A stretch of DNA of 64,000 nucleotides from Isurus oxyrinchus (Eukaryota): NCBI GenBank assembly GCA_026770705.1, contig JANJGN010000002.1, forward strand, positions 205,158,001-205,222,000, written 5' to 3'. The notes beneath the pieces are model-generated. The model was not told where the DNA came from, ran no database searches, and saw nothing but the letters and a program-made list of their open reading frames with translations. This document shows, in pieces, positions 25,361-37,300 of the stretch. Each line of letters opens with the position of its first letter. Positions within the stretch are counted from its first letter, which is position 1. A program made the position numbers and the translations under genes.

Positions 25361-27533
25361 CTAATCATTGAAACAAAAGCATGTGAAAGAAAACCAGACA
25401 AGTGGACTATTAGTTAAAGTAAATTAAAAGAAGAAATAGACTTCTGAAATGGAAATGGTTGGGAAAATAAAACAGGGGAAGTAAAGAAAAAGCAGGGCAA
25501 ATGTGAGAGTTTACAGGTAATAAGACTGAAAAAACAACAGTTTATGCAAAGATTTCTTGTATCGATTTGGATGAAGAATGCTGTAGGGTGGTATTTGTTG
25601 AACTGAGAGCAGATTAATGGTGCCATATATTAATGCTTTTCGCTTTATGATGGCTACCACAATGGTCTGCTTCAGGATTTGGCCACTCGGAAGTAGGACA
25701 CTGGGACACTGTATAATTAAGCCTTTGGCGCAAAACTACTCTGAAATACAAAGAGCTGAGCTAATCTAAAAGCTCAAGTGCCCGTAAGTAAAACTTCAGG
25801 AAAAGTTATTGAAAGTGACAAATGCACGGTGACAAATAATCAATATAAGAACATTTCAGTGTTCTCTTTGTTTGTATGCATTACTGCCAAGTGATGGAGC
25901 GACCTTTGAAAGATTAACAGAACTATTACAGAAAATTTCAGCCAGAGCATTTTCTTAACAGAGTTCAAGTGGGGAAGATTTCTACTTTAAACTGGCTTGC
26001 ACCAGCAGGGTTGGATGCGAAGCGTGTACTAGAGAGACAACCAGCTGATATATCGGTTAGGCAAATCTGATAGACCGTCCCTCGACAAATTTGCTCGTTT
26101 CTAATCTCAAATTGTGTCTGAAAGGTGATGTCTTGTGTGATATCTATAATTCTTCGCGTACAGCACCGTAAATGACCCAGACTGTCATATAATCGATGTG
26201 AGAGCCTCAGCTGTCACAGACCTTCAGCCCGCCTTTTCCTAAAATGATAACGTGAGTTGTCATTTGAGGAAGTTTTGGGTTTCACCATTTGGGATGATTC
26301 GGTGTGTGAACTTCAAATGACAACGCGCATAAAACTGGCTGTGTTCTCTAATACAAATGTGTCTTGAGGAGTAATTCTCTTGTCAGTCTAATTTGAAACT
26401 TGTTTATAACCCTCCCCTAAATGGAAAATAGATACATACTAATTAACCTGAGGAACATATTAGCGATATTAACCACATGCGCAGAATTTAGATGAAGTCG
26501 TTACGCTTCAAGTATATGTAATGTGCTCTTATCCTTAAAATGCTTTTGTTACTGTATTATAAATAACAAATTCTAACTTTAAGTCAAACGTTGCATTTGT
26601 TCAAAATGTCCTATGTGGGGAATCTCTCGTTTTGATTTATAGGCGCTTTAAGTGAATATCCACCCTTTATAGGTAACAGTGGAACACTTGAGTAACACTT
26701 TGGGAATGAGATCATTTAAAGAATTCAAATTTCTGTCTCTGGAACTGAGATACAGTTCCAAACAGTTTACATCCTCCAGTAATACACAATATACCTTTTG
26801 TAATCCTACAGACAAAGCTGAATTTAAACACATTTAAGAATCAAAACTACACTTCAATTAACACTGCTTCTGCTTTATCAGTAATTCTAACAGATATAGG
26901 GGAATCTGGTAACAAAAAGCCTGGGCGATCCAGCAGCTCTGTTTTACCAGAGAAAATGATCGTAAACAGAATTTTACTTTATTCTGAATGAGTCAGTATG
27001 AGAATACCGTTTGGGTCATCTTTGAAAGGCCAAGGCGGATGGAACTGGCCAGAGAGAAGAGATTCACTATTATATCGAAAACGGTTACCGTTTGCGGAAT
27101 ATTAAATAAGACAATATTTCACACATCGTTTTCTTTAAAGTAACGGTTTCAAAAAAGTTGAGCGCAGGGTTGATTCCTGTTAATTTCCAATACTGGGGAA
27201 CGTTCCGAAAAAGACTTTGGAGAGTTCTCTGAAATTTATTTTTGGATCCAGACTGCACAATTAGGCATCAGTCTTAATAACTGCTTAAAAGGCATGCTTT
27301 CTTTCTGTGTATTTTAATGAAATGGTAATGCGTGAATTTTAGTCCAGGGTACTGAAATCTCATCCACTGACTGGTCCCCATTAGTCAGAGAGCTGTCACT
27401 TCCAGCAGAATCACAATGACGAACCCCACAGTGATAGCGCTCTGATCTCCATGATGGTTACGATAACCGCTTGATTAAAATGGCTTGGTTGTTCTGCCGT
27501 TACTTGATAAGCGTGTGAACCCGCGTTATTTAC

Positions 27534-27669
27534 AATAATGTGCAGTGCCTGAATCGCAGCGATTGCATGTGCTTCTGCAGGGCGGTCTTCTTGCAACAGA
27601 TTTCGGCCATCAACTTCCTGGTCGTGCTCAGAGAGGAACACCAGCTTCAAGTTGAGCTGCAGCAACTGC
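27534..27669 (-). ncRNA. Candidate downstream Sox2ot exon
   Basis: Acceptor atttctcattaatttttacAG (AG = 27670-27671) precedes a GC-richer block. Possible weak donor GTAAAT near 27528-27533, so the 3' boundary is uncertain. Confidence 0.35.
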
Positions 27670-30600
27670 CTGTAAAAATTAATGAGAAATTTGATGATGT
27701 TCCCCAGTTCGATGGCTTTGCCCAACACCACTGATGCTAGTTAATCCAGTTTACTAATGTGCAGGAGGGAGACCAAACGTAGTGAGTACTGGCAAACTAC
27801 ATTTAAGGCAATTATACAAATACGGTACTCTACTATTACACTTAGACAAACACCAGTCTGTGAACTGGAAAATAATCACGCAGATTAATTACGCTTTTCG
27901 ACACACAAACAGAACCAGGACATGATTTAGCCTATACTAGTTTTCTTCAGTAAATAATGTGCACTTCATTGTGCGGCAAATCCATATATTCAATTCATTG
28001 ATTGAAACTCTCCGAGGAACAGGCAATACTTTTAGTTAGACTTAAGGACTATAATGTAGTAATTACGTCATTGACAATATCAATTACCTGGGCAAAATGT
28101 TCCAGAGCAGATTTGTGGGACGTATAACTTAATTTCAGATATTGGTCAATTCCAGAACACATCAAATGTATTTAGTTGAAGCATAAGAAGGCCATTGGCT
28201 CCGGAAGGCTTATAAACAAACCTTTTGTAAACAAACCTTTAAACTTAGCAGGAAGTATGGACAAAACCAAGAATTTTCTATTTACGAAGTCAAATTCAAA
28301 CACATCACTGTTATTTGCATATAATAGATTTGAATATTGAAGTTAAATTACCAGTCAGTGGTATTGCTACAGATAGTTTGGTGTCATGCACGAGTTCATT
28401 ATTGGGCTGTACTTTGAGTACAGAGTTCCAAAGCAACCTCTTGGATTAATAGAAGATAGAGCCCCTCTGCATTCCAGTGCTGTCTGCGGCAAAGAAGGCA
28501 AAAAGAGTATGATTCAGTGCTTGTATAGGGACCACACGGAAGCATTAATCAGGTCGTGAAAAACTAAAGGGGACTATAGATTCAACATAATCGAGTTTCA
28601 ACTTCTGGCAGTAGTTAAAGAATAGGTGGACAGCTGGATAACAGAAATTACTGTTTAAATGAAGTCATGCGAATAATTGAGTAAATTTAACATTAAGATT
28701 CAATCCATGGTGATTAATAAGAAATAGATTTACCTTCCTATATAAATTTACGCGTAGATTGTACGGTAATACAGATAATGATCAAAAACAAATCAAATGT
28801 GATATTTATGTACGTTTAATTTTCATGTAATTAACATATTGTTTAGAATTTAGTTGCAGCAAAAAGTGCATAATTCAATAACCACCCTGTAATACAATTA
28901 GTTCATAATTAATTAACTGTTTTGATAAATAGTCGTACTCAGTCACAGCAGACTTAAGTTTCCCTATTCTTATTTCTGACTATAGACTCCATATGAGGTG
29001 ATATTACAGTTTGAGAACCTTCCCCATTAGTGTCTGGCACCTAAGACAGGTGAAGGAATGTTTGTTAAGTGTTTCTGAGTTTTCCTGGTCAGTGTGTTTT
29101 TAAAGTTTATGAGAACATAATTCTATCAGGTAGCATTTTAATAACGCAATTGATAACTGAATGTGTGTATGAGCAGAAATTGTCTTCTATTGTAACGAAT
29201 TGCTGCCCATGCCCTAACGGTATTCGGAAATCACTAAAAAAAATAAGATGGTTGCAAGTTTTAAAAACTGGTGCAAATGTTTTTCAAAACCAACTGTTGA
29301 ATTGTTAAGGAAAATCACAGCTTGTCGTACAAGATCCATCCTTCTCATTGGCTGGTTGCAACAGTGCTTAAACATTGCATCTTAATTTGAGAATTTAACA
29401 GTTTTAATTTGTGTGGCATTTGTGCAAATTTGAAACGTCGACGCAAAACGGGGAAAGATCGATCTGGTGTAGCAGATCAACAAGTGGGAACTGAAAAAGC
29501 AACACGAAATACCATCTGCTTCAAAGCTGATGAATATAGGATGCGACTGCCCTCTTCCCCTATTAAGCTGCCAAGGATTTTTTTCTAACTTTTGCACAAA
29601 GAAATGAACTATGCATTTTCTGTATGTACATCGTTTTCATTTCTTTCATGGCTTTCTCTGGGTTACTGGGGTTGTAAACAAGACCACGCGATCGGGGTTG
29701 AGTTTGACTCCGTTTTCCAATTCACTGAAGGCTCAGGCTGTGCGCAGCGGATAAATAGAGCCATTGTGGGGCCAATACATAAACCATCTCAACTTTTGTC
29801 AAGCTTTTATGCGAAAAGCACACAAGACCTCAATCGCTTTTCAATGCAAAAGACACCAAATCGTTGAGATGACATTACTCGCAAACAGACGCAAAATGCG
29901 AAACTCCTACGACGTTTAGGTTCAGCAAGCTAGGGAACAGATTTCGGTCTATTTTTTTTTGCGCGAAGATGAAGGGTGAAATAGTGACAAGCCTTTCCTT
30001 TGGGTTTATTCATTTAGTCTCTTGAATGATCACCCAGTCTGCCGCACTGCCTAATTTATGGCTACTTTGCTAATGTTCCCGTTTCAAGTCATATTCAGGG
30101 AAGTGTGTGGGACATTAATTTATGACCCGTTGCGTTTTAAAAAATAAAACCGTGATTTGGAAATCGGAACCGTCAACTTCTGAACTTTCTATGCCATTTT
30201 GTTTCGACTGAATATATCATTGCGTAACGGTTAACGTGCAAGTGTCAGGGAAAGATTCAAATGTTCCCTTTGTTTTAAATTGTTTTAAATATAATTTGTT
30301 TTTTCTTTAAAAAAAAGTAATGCTTGACAAATTTAAGAGAGATTTATTTCTTTTGGAAAGTAGAACGAGGCAGATGGTAACGGCGTCATTAACAAACAAA
30401 CTTTGGATGTGCAAGTCAAGCCTGAAATTGGGAGGGATCTGGGGAACAATGGGGGCCGGTGTTGTAAAATCTCCTCTTTCTATTCACCCAAGCTAATATG
30501 GGATTCTGTATGGCTGTCTGCGCCCAGTATCACGATTGTTTTTTGAGTCTGGTTGTGACAGGGATAGCGGTGATGGTTAGGATACTTTGTGAAGCAGTAA

Positions 30601-31169
30601 AGTTTTCAGACACGCGTTTAAATGTAACTGATTATATCAGACCATTACTGCTTCTTCTGGTTGGATGTGCAGTCTTACAACAATCCTTATCTGTTCCTCA
30701 ATGTCCCCGGGTATGCAAATGTGAGCTAGTTACAGCTCACAGCGCGCCTGTTTCTCTGAAGACAAATGGAATTTCATGCATTGAGTAGGATCTAACTTTA
30801 AAACATCCTAAAAACCAATTTCCAAAAGCTTCCATTTTAACCCCATCTAAATGAATGTACTGAATACTGTGTCATTACTATTATCTAATATTAGAATAAG
30901 CCGACGTCTTCTTTGGCAACCATTCCAAAAATATATGGTTTCACATCATAGCTCACTTTAAACAGATTAATAATTGCATTATGTAAAGTTAGATGGTATG
31001 ATTTACGGCACTTTGAAACTACAGCTCATGGATCAGCAGAACGGACAGTCCCAGCCCTTTCATCAATTCAGCTGTTCCCAGTAAAGTCACGTGTCGATTT
31101 GATTAAAGTTTCCAAAATCGATTTATTAAAACGGTCTAAGAATTACTTGGCAAAATGCGGGTAGATTTT

Positions 31170-31340
31170 TTTAAATGGGCAACTGCAGGAACATCAACAT
31201 GGTATTGACAGCTTGACAAAGGGTTAAGGATGACAGCATCCTTTTGTAAGCTTTTGAAGGAGCGATAACAATTAGAGTGAGGAAGGCATGCTCTTATCTG
31301 GAATAGTGTTTATCCTAATTTGTTATTGCTATTTATTTCA
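31170..31340. promoter_or_regulatory. Enhancer-like element with clustered HMG (TCF/LEF, Sox) motifs; possible N1 orthologue
   Basis: CAGGAA, ACAAAGG, CCTTTTGTAAGCTTTTGAAGG and AACAAT within ~90 bp, ~16 kb downstream of TSS. The N1 identity is inferred from position and motifs only. Confidence 0.35.
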
Positions 31341-33249
31341 AGTTGGTCCATCAAAAAGTTGTTGGTGCATTTGTAACTGGAGGGAAATTTGTAACAACGT
31401 CCAATTGCGAAGTTGTAAAGAAATATGCAAACGTCACAAGCATGCATATTAATTAGTAACACAACGCCAAAGAAATTTATGCTTTATTTATGGCATAACA
31501 CATCTTTCAATACTTCAGTAACGGCACAGTTATTCAGAAGTGCCAGAGTTGATTGCACAATAATATCTTGAATCGTACACAAAACAAAGGGTGCAGGTAT
31601 TGCTAAATGGTCAGCTCCGTGCAACCTGATCGCTAGTGAAAGCTAACATGCTCATACACTCGCAGCAAAGGCTTGTCGTACCTCCAGCAGATCTCTAAAG
31701 CTGCAAAGAACGTGCCCTCGAGGCATTCTTCAAGAAAATACTAGTCTGGCATTTGGTCGCAAGCAGTTTTATAGGATTTTAAAGGCCCCGATCAAACGGA
31801 CTGAGAGTGATCTACGTTAATGTCCGGATGACAGAGTAAGAAGGTGCACCTGCGGGGGTATCCGCTATCTGCCCCGTTCACGTGTTGAATGGGTTTGAAG
31901 ATAACTCATTTCGATCAAGACAATCACTTAGTATATTTAAGATCACCCTATTTGTTGCCTGGGAGTTTCCTGCTTCCACTGGGACCCAGTGTCACAACAT
32001 ATTTTCGTGTGCTCCTTTTAGCAAGTCTTCCTCTTTTGCATTTGAACGATTCGTTAACTTCAAATTTGCCATTCTCTGGATATTATAAAGACACGCCCTG
32101 CTGAATGGCAAATGTTGTTCTGATTTTAAAACCACATGTGGACGCTGACTGGAAACAGTTCTAATTTGACAACCCTTATTAACAGGTTTATCGTGCAGCT
32201 GATACTGGGCTTCCTCGACTTCACTGGACCTGACTCCGATGAGTGACGGTGAACCTTTTTCTGCTCACGCTCAAAATGCCCGTTTGCCCAGTGAATGCTA
32301 AGTTTAACGCTAACCCATCCTACAGGACTCAGCCGTTCCTCCCCACCACCCCCCACCCCCACCCCTCCCCCCCTTAATATCCTTCATGCAATTGAACGAA
32401 TGATCTCAGTTTAGACCTGATGTGCGGGTAACCAATTTGCAAATAAATCATAGGAATAAGATTTCATATATGGTGGGACTGAACGCTAATGCCACTACTC
32501 AAATCTTCGACTGGTACTCGCAATAGTTACATGGAGATGGATGCGTGTCTGTGTTAAAATCATAGCAGACATTCAAAATGAAACCATGATGTTCCTTTTT
32601 TGTTTCAAAATGGGTCTCCATTTCAATGGGTTTAGAAGTTTTCAACAATTTATAGGAACTAACAATGAAATAATTATACAGACTCTATGTATACTTTCCT
32701 GTTCACTTAACGGCTGCCATCGCACCGGAAATCTGATTTCCCGCGCAGCAGCGCTGATGTTTGGAAAAGATAGGAAAATATCTGAGACACCAGATATTCA
32801 TTACTTATTCATACTATTCAGAATTCATTATAATAAAACGTGGGATGCAGAATGACATTTTTAGCTAAAATGGGTTATCATCCTTACTCACGACCCCATT
32901 CGCCGTCCCAAACGTAAACTGCTTGGGGAAGAAAGAGGAAGTGTTAATCTCAGCGAATTCCCCAATAATCCAGTGCACGGCGCTGGGGTCGGCGGCAGTC
33001 ACATGTACTAAACTCCCGCTTTCACACTTAACAGTCATGACCTCATGGCGTTTCTCCGTGGATTCAATAGAGTGCATTTCCAATCAGATTTTGAACCTAT
33101 GGATTAGTATCAACGTATATTTGTGATAGTTGTGTGCGAACTCCAGGAAACATCATTTTAACTATATCCAATACTTAACCTCGGGGCATTCAAACCGAGA
33201 GGCGCTTCATCACAGGCACCCCATACTTAGTACTTGAAATGAACAAAAA

Positions 33250-33410
33250 TAAAAGGACACACGAACTGTAGATACTGGAATTCTGAAAACAACACAAAAA
33301 TGCCAGAATCATAACGATGGATCTACACCCGAAACATTAGGAGCTGTGTTCTCTGGACAGGTGCTGCCTGACCTGCTCAGTGTTTCCTAGTGTTTTCTGG
33401 TTTTGGTTTA
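33250..33410. repeat. Degraded inverted pair of the short repeat seen at 6577
   Basis: actgtagatactggaattctgaaa... followed by tgctgcctgacctgctcagtgtttcc, the reverse complement of the 6577 copy. Confidence 0.6.
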
Positions 33411-34159
33411 ATTTTGAAAATTTCCGTTCTTGGTTATAAGCATATCTCTGTCCTTCCAGGTCTCTGCTACTGAGGTTCATTCCTTGATTCAGTTACAGAT
33501 TTACAAAGCCTGAACATGCTAGTAATTCACATTCACTGATACACAGAAGCACTAAGGCTGGGGACTGAAAGGGAAAAGGATAAGAGAGGGTAACTGGAAA
33601 AAAATACAGTATCACAGGGTGTATGCCAGCACCACGGATCTACTGCAGGTGCCCGAAGAACAGTTCATTGCATAGTGCGCACACACAGTAGCGTTCAGAT
33701 TACTGTTACAGATGCCAGTTGGAGTTTCTCAGGGCTGCCAAGTCCAGATGGCCGTTGTTTAGAGCACTCTCGAATGAAACTTCGGAGGCAAGCAAGGTCC
33801 AAAAGATCACTGGGCATGTTCCAAACCATTTGCCAGTCGTCAGGCCACTGAGACGGACCTATCAATAATCACTTAGCAGTAGCCAGTCTATAACTGTCTA
33901 TAACTGTCGGTGTAGTACAATGTGAAGCACTGTGAAGTTAAAAAAATGTTCTCTACAACAACTACTTAACGAGTTCTAGGATTCGCTTTCCATCATTAGG
34001 TGTTAGTGCTTACATGAAAGTACAAAACATACGTTAACGCTTCGAGCTGAGGAAGTAAAGCTTCAGGCAGAATGAAATATTTGTTCCGATTGGAAGTATT
34101 TCCGATTTTTACAATGTATTTACAGTTCTTTATGCGACAACTCCCTTAAGCGTTCAAGA

Positions 34160-34340
34160 TTGTGAATAAAGTCCCTGAAAGCGTGGCAGAAGCAGATTCA
34201 GTGCTAACTTTCAAAAGGGATTCGGATATGTACTTGAAAGGTAAAATAATGCAGGATTATGGGGGCACTTCTCTAATTAGGTAGCTCTTTCAAAGAGCTG
34301 GTACAGACACGATGGGCCGAATGGCCTTTTTCTATGCTGT
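34160..34340 (+). mobile_element. Short CR1 3' tail
   Basis: gtggcagaagcagattca...ttcaaaaggga...gctctttcaaagagctggtacagacacgatgggccgaatggcc. Confidence 0.8.
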
Positions 34341-37300
34341 AAGATGTTATAATTCTATTAAATGAACGGTATTGGCCAACAGTAGCGGGAAATTCTACCC
34401 AATATACTTCAAAAGCAGAGAGCAGGTGATGCACCTTTGGTTAAAGATATAATTGAGAGCAGTTGCATTTCAACTATTGGGAAAAAAACCTGGCATCCAC
34501 TCTGTGCAACGATGCAATTAGCAACGCGACATGATTAAAATTTAACCCCCCCCCCCCCCCCACGCGCTTAGTTTCGTTTAGATTCATTGTTTAATAACTT
34601 CATGTTTTCATATAGTGTTTTGAGCATGTTAAAACAAAGATAAATCACATTATTTTTCTTAGGTTCCCTTCAGTGACATTGATACCTTCCAAACCGTATT
34701 AATATATTTGAATTTAGTGTCTAGCTGTGATAAGAAGCGAAAAGACGAGTACAAGTGGGCAGCCGTTTCTGGTGATTGCGGTATGATGTATACGATCAGA
34801 AAAGTTGTGAGTTTATTTTCAATATAATTCAAAGTATCCTGTACTTAACACAAAGTCGACCGTGAAATATACAATAATGCAGACTTCAACAAACCGGCAT
34901 AGAGAGTAACCAACACTTGCATGAAATTCCTCGCATCCAAGGTTTACCCATACCCAATTTTAATGCGTGTTAATGTATTTGCGATTACCTATTATTTGAC
35001 ATTCTTGTGGGGCAGCTGGGCAGAATCTACAACAGAAATGAGATGTATTTTAAACGTACCCTCTCTTTTAACAAATAGTACAAGTTTATTCACTAAAACT
35101 CTGCATCCGGTCACGATTTGACATTTATACGTTTATATCAGCAGAATATGTTGCAACATGAATTTTAAAAACATTCTGAGGGAACTTTTGATGGTTATTC
35201 GCCGTGTCTTGAACGATCGAGCCCTTGTGTCCTGACAGCCTGCTATATTTTTGATAGAAGAGTAATGTGTGGTTGGTGCGAGCGACACATCTTCGCGACC
35301 CCTGCTGAGGTGAGAACTGGTATCAAAGCGCGCATTGTTCTAAGCATGTGGCGAACCAAGTATAGTACAAAAGAATTGGAAAAGCAGCAAAACAGTGACG
35401 TGCGAGAAGCTGCATCCTTCTTACTCTTTTTTACTGAGGAAGTAAGTCTTTGACTTGGCAAATGCTCTTTGCAGTGTCTGCCATTACGCTGTGGTTTTTG
35501 GATACAGTTCCACGCGCGATGGGCTCAGTATGACTGGATAGTTAGATCGCGGCCCTGGTTCTCCAGTGTATATAAAGCAAGGGTTATGAGACCACCCTTA
35601 ACAACTGGTTCCACTGCGCTAGGCTTGCCACCTGCTGCAGTATGAGTCGGCCTCGGAACTTTGGGGCGCTTTATTAACTCACTGGTGATCCTGTTTTGAG
35701 GGAATTTGTGTTCCCACCACTCTCCATGTAACATTCAGGTGATTCGCTCCCAAGCATGCTTAGAGTCTTATTGCTATTCAGCTCAGTTTGACGTGTTTTG
35801 GGCAGTATAACTGCGATGTACCGGCTGAGTATGGGACAACACAGAATGGCGGATATGTAGATCCTGGAGAAATTGTGACACCCTCCTAGAAGCCCCAGCT
35901 CCCCTTCCTACCCACCCCCGACATCCATACACACAAACACTGTGCTTTGCTGTTGTAGTAGTGATAGCATTGTAGATCAAAAGAAAATATTAAACTCTTA
36001 CATCTTTCCCAAACACTAGTGAGCAGTATTCCCAATGCTTTGGGATTCTACAACCATTAAGTTCATTGGAAATCCGCCATCTACTTCATGGATCGAACAG
36101 CCAATTCAGGAGAGCCACGTGTTCATTTGGAGTTGTCAATCTCTACAAATAATGTAAAGTGTTCGTTTCTACTGCTCTGCACCAATGCAATGCTCGATCA
36201 TTGTTAACAGTCATGATAACAGGTGCGATGTGCAGTGAAAACGTCGCTTTTTAGATCATTCGAACATTCTGTTGATATTACATATTCACAAACAGTTGTT
36301 ACCTAAAAGCTCTCAGGACAGCATGACCGAATTAATGTCCTTCCGTGGCTGACAGAAAACGATTTCAGAAGCTGCCTATCTACCTTTTGTTTCTCCAAGC
36401 AGGCATTGATTAGTTTTGTGCGACCTGGGGGATAATATCATGGGATATTTGAAGAATATGGCATGAAGTAAGTTTATTGCAAAGCTTGACTTAGAATGAA
36501 GCTTTGAAATTTCAGTTCAAAAGGCGTTGGAAATCACAACGCCGACTTTCCAACAACCCTTCTACATTTCGGGTTACATGACATACTGTGTACAGAACAG
36601 TGCAATAAAATTTGCAAAACGCTCTGCCCTGGTTAACACAATATAGCCTTTTCTGCAGTTTGAGTGCTCTCTAGCAACCGAGGAAGGGGTTGTATTTGAG
36701 AAAGATTTAGACTGTTGCTAGGCGTCCGGTGCAAAAATTCTTCTATAGGTCGTCAGTCTGTGTGTGGCTTAGTTTGTCAGAGTAGAACTGCAGACATCTG
36801 TTGGAACTTCCATATCTCTGTTGTTCATTTACAGGAGCCAACTTCAAAAATCTCCACAATTAGATCTGCATTGTATTTCCCGACAACGCTGCGCAGAAAA
36901 AAGGTCTTCTCTGTCGGAGCCAATCCAACGAAGCGTTTGACGTTATTAAATAATAAAGCGATTGTGATTTATATTGTTGCCCAGAAAAAGAGGCAATTAT
37001 CCGCTCTTATGTTTCCATAAAGATCGCATTAGCTCGAATTAGTAATCAAACAATATGCTAGCGTTTAAAGTACGAGATCGCGATATTACTGTTATGGTTG
37101 AGCATTGTTGTTCCCTTACTCCGCTCTAATAACAGATGCCATATATAGAGCAAACCGAAAAGATACACATTTTAAATCAGTACACGTTTAATCTCCATTA
37201 TTTCCACACTGGATAAGAGGCAAATGCACACGTAACCAGGAAAAGAAGTGGAGTCTGTAAACCTTTTTAGTCGTTTCCGCGCAGTTCAATTTAATATATA

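Noticed and set aside
27411-27731. 106 aa minus-strand ORF
   Set aside because: Non-ATG start and reads across a splice-acceptor tract, so it is better explained as a non-coding exon candidate.
35500-35900. Possible third SINE relic
   Set aside because: Too degenerate to assign by eye.
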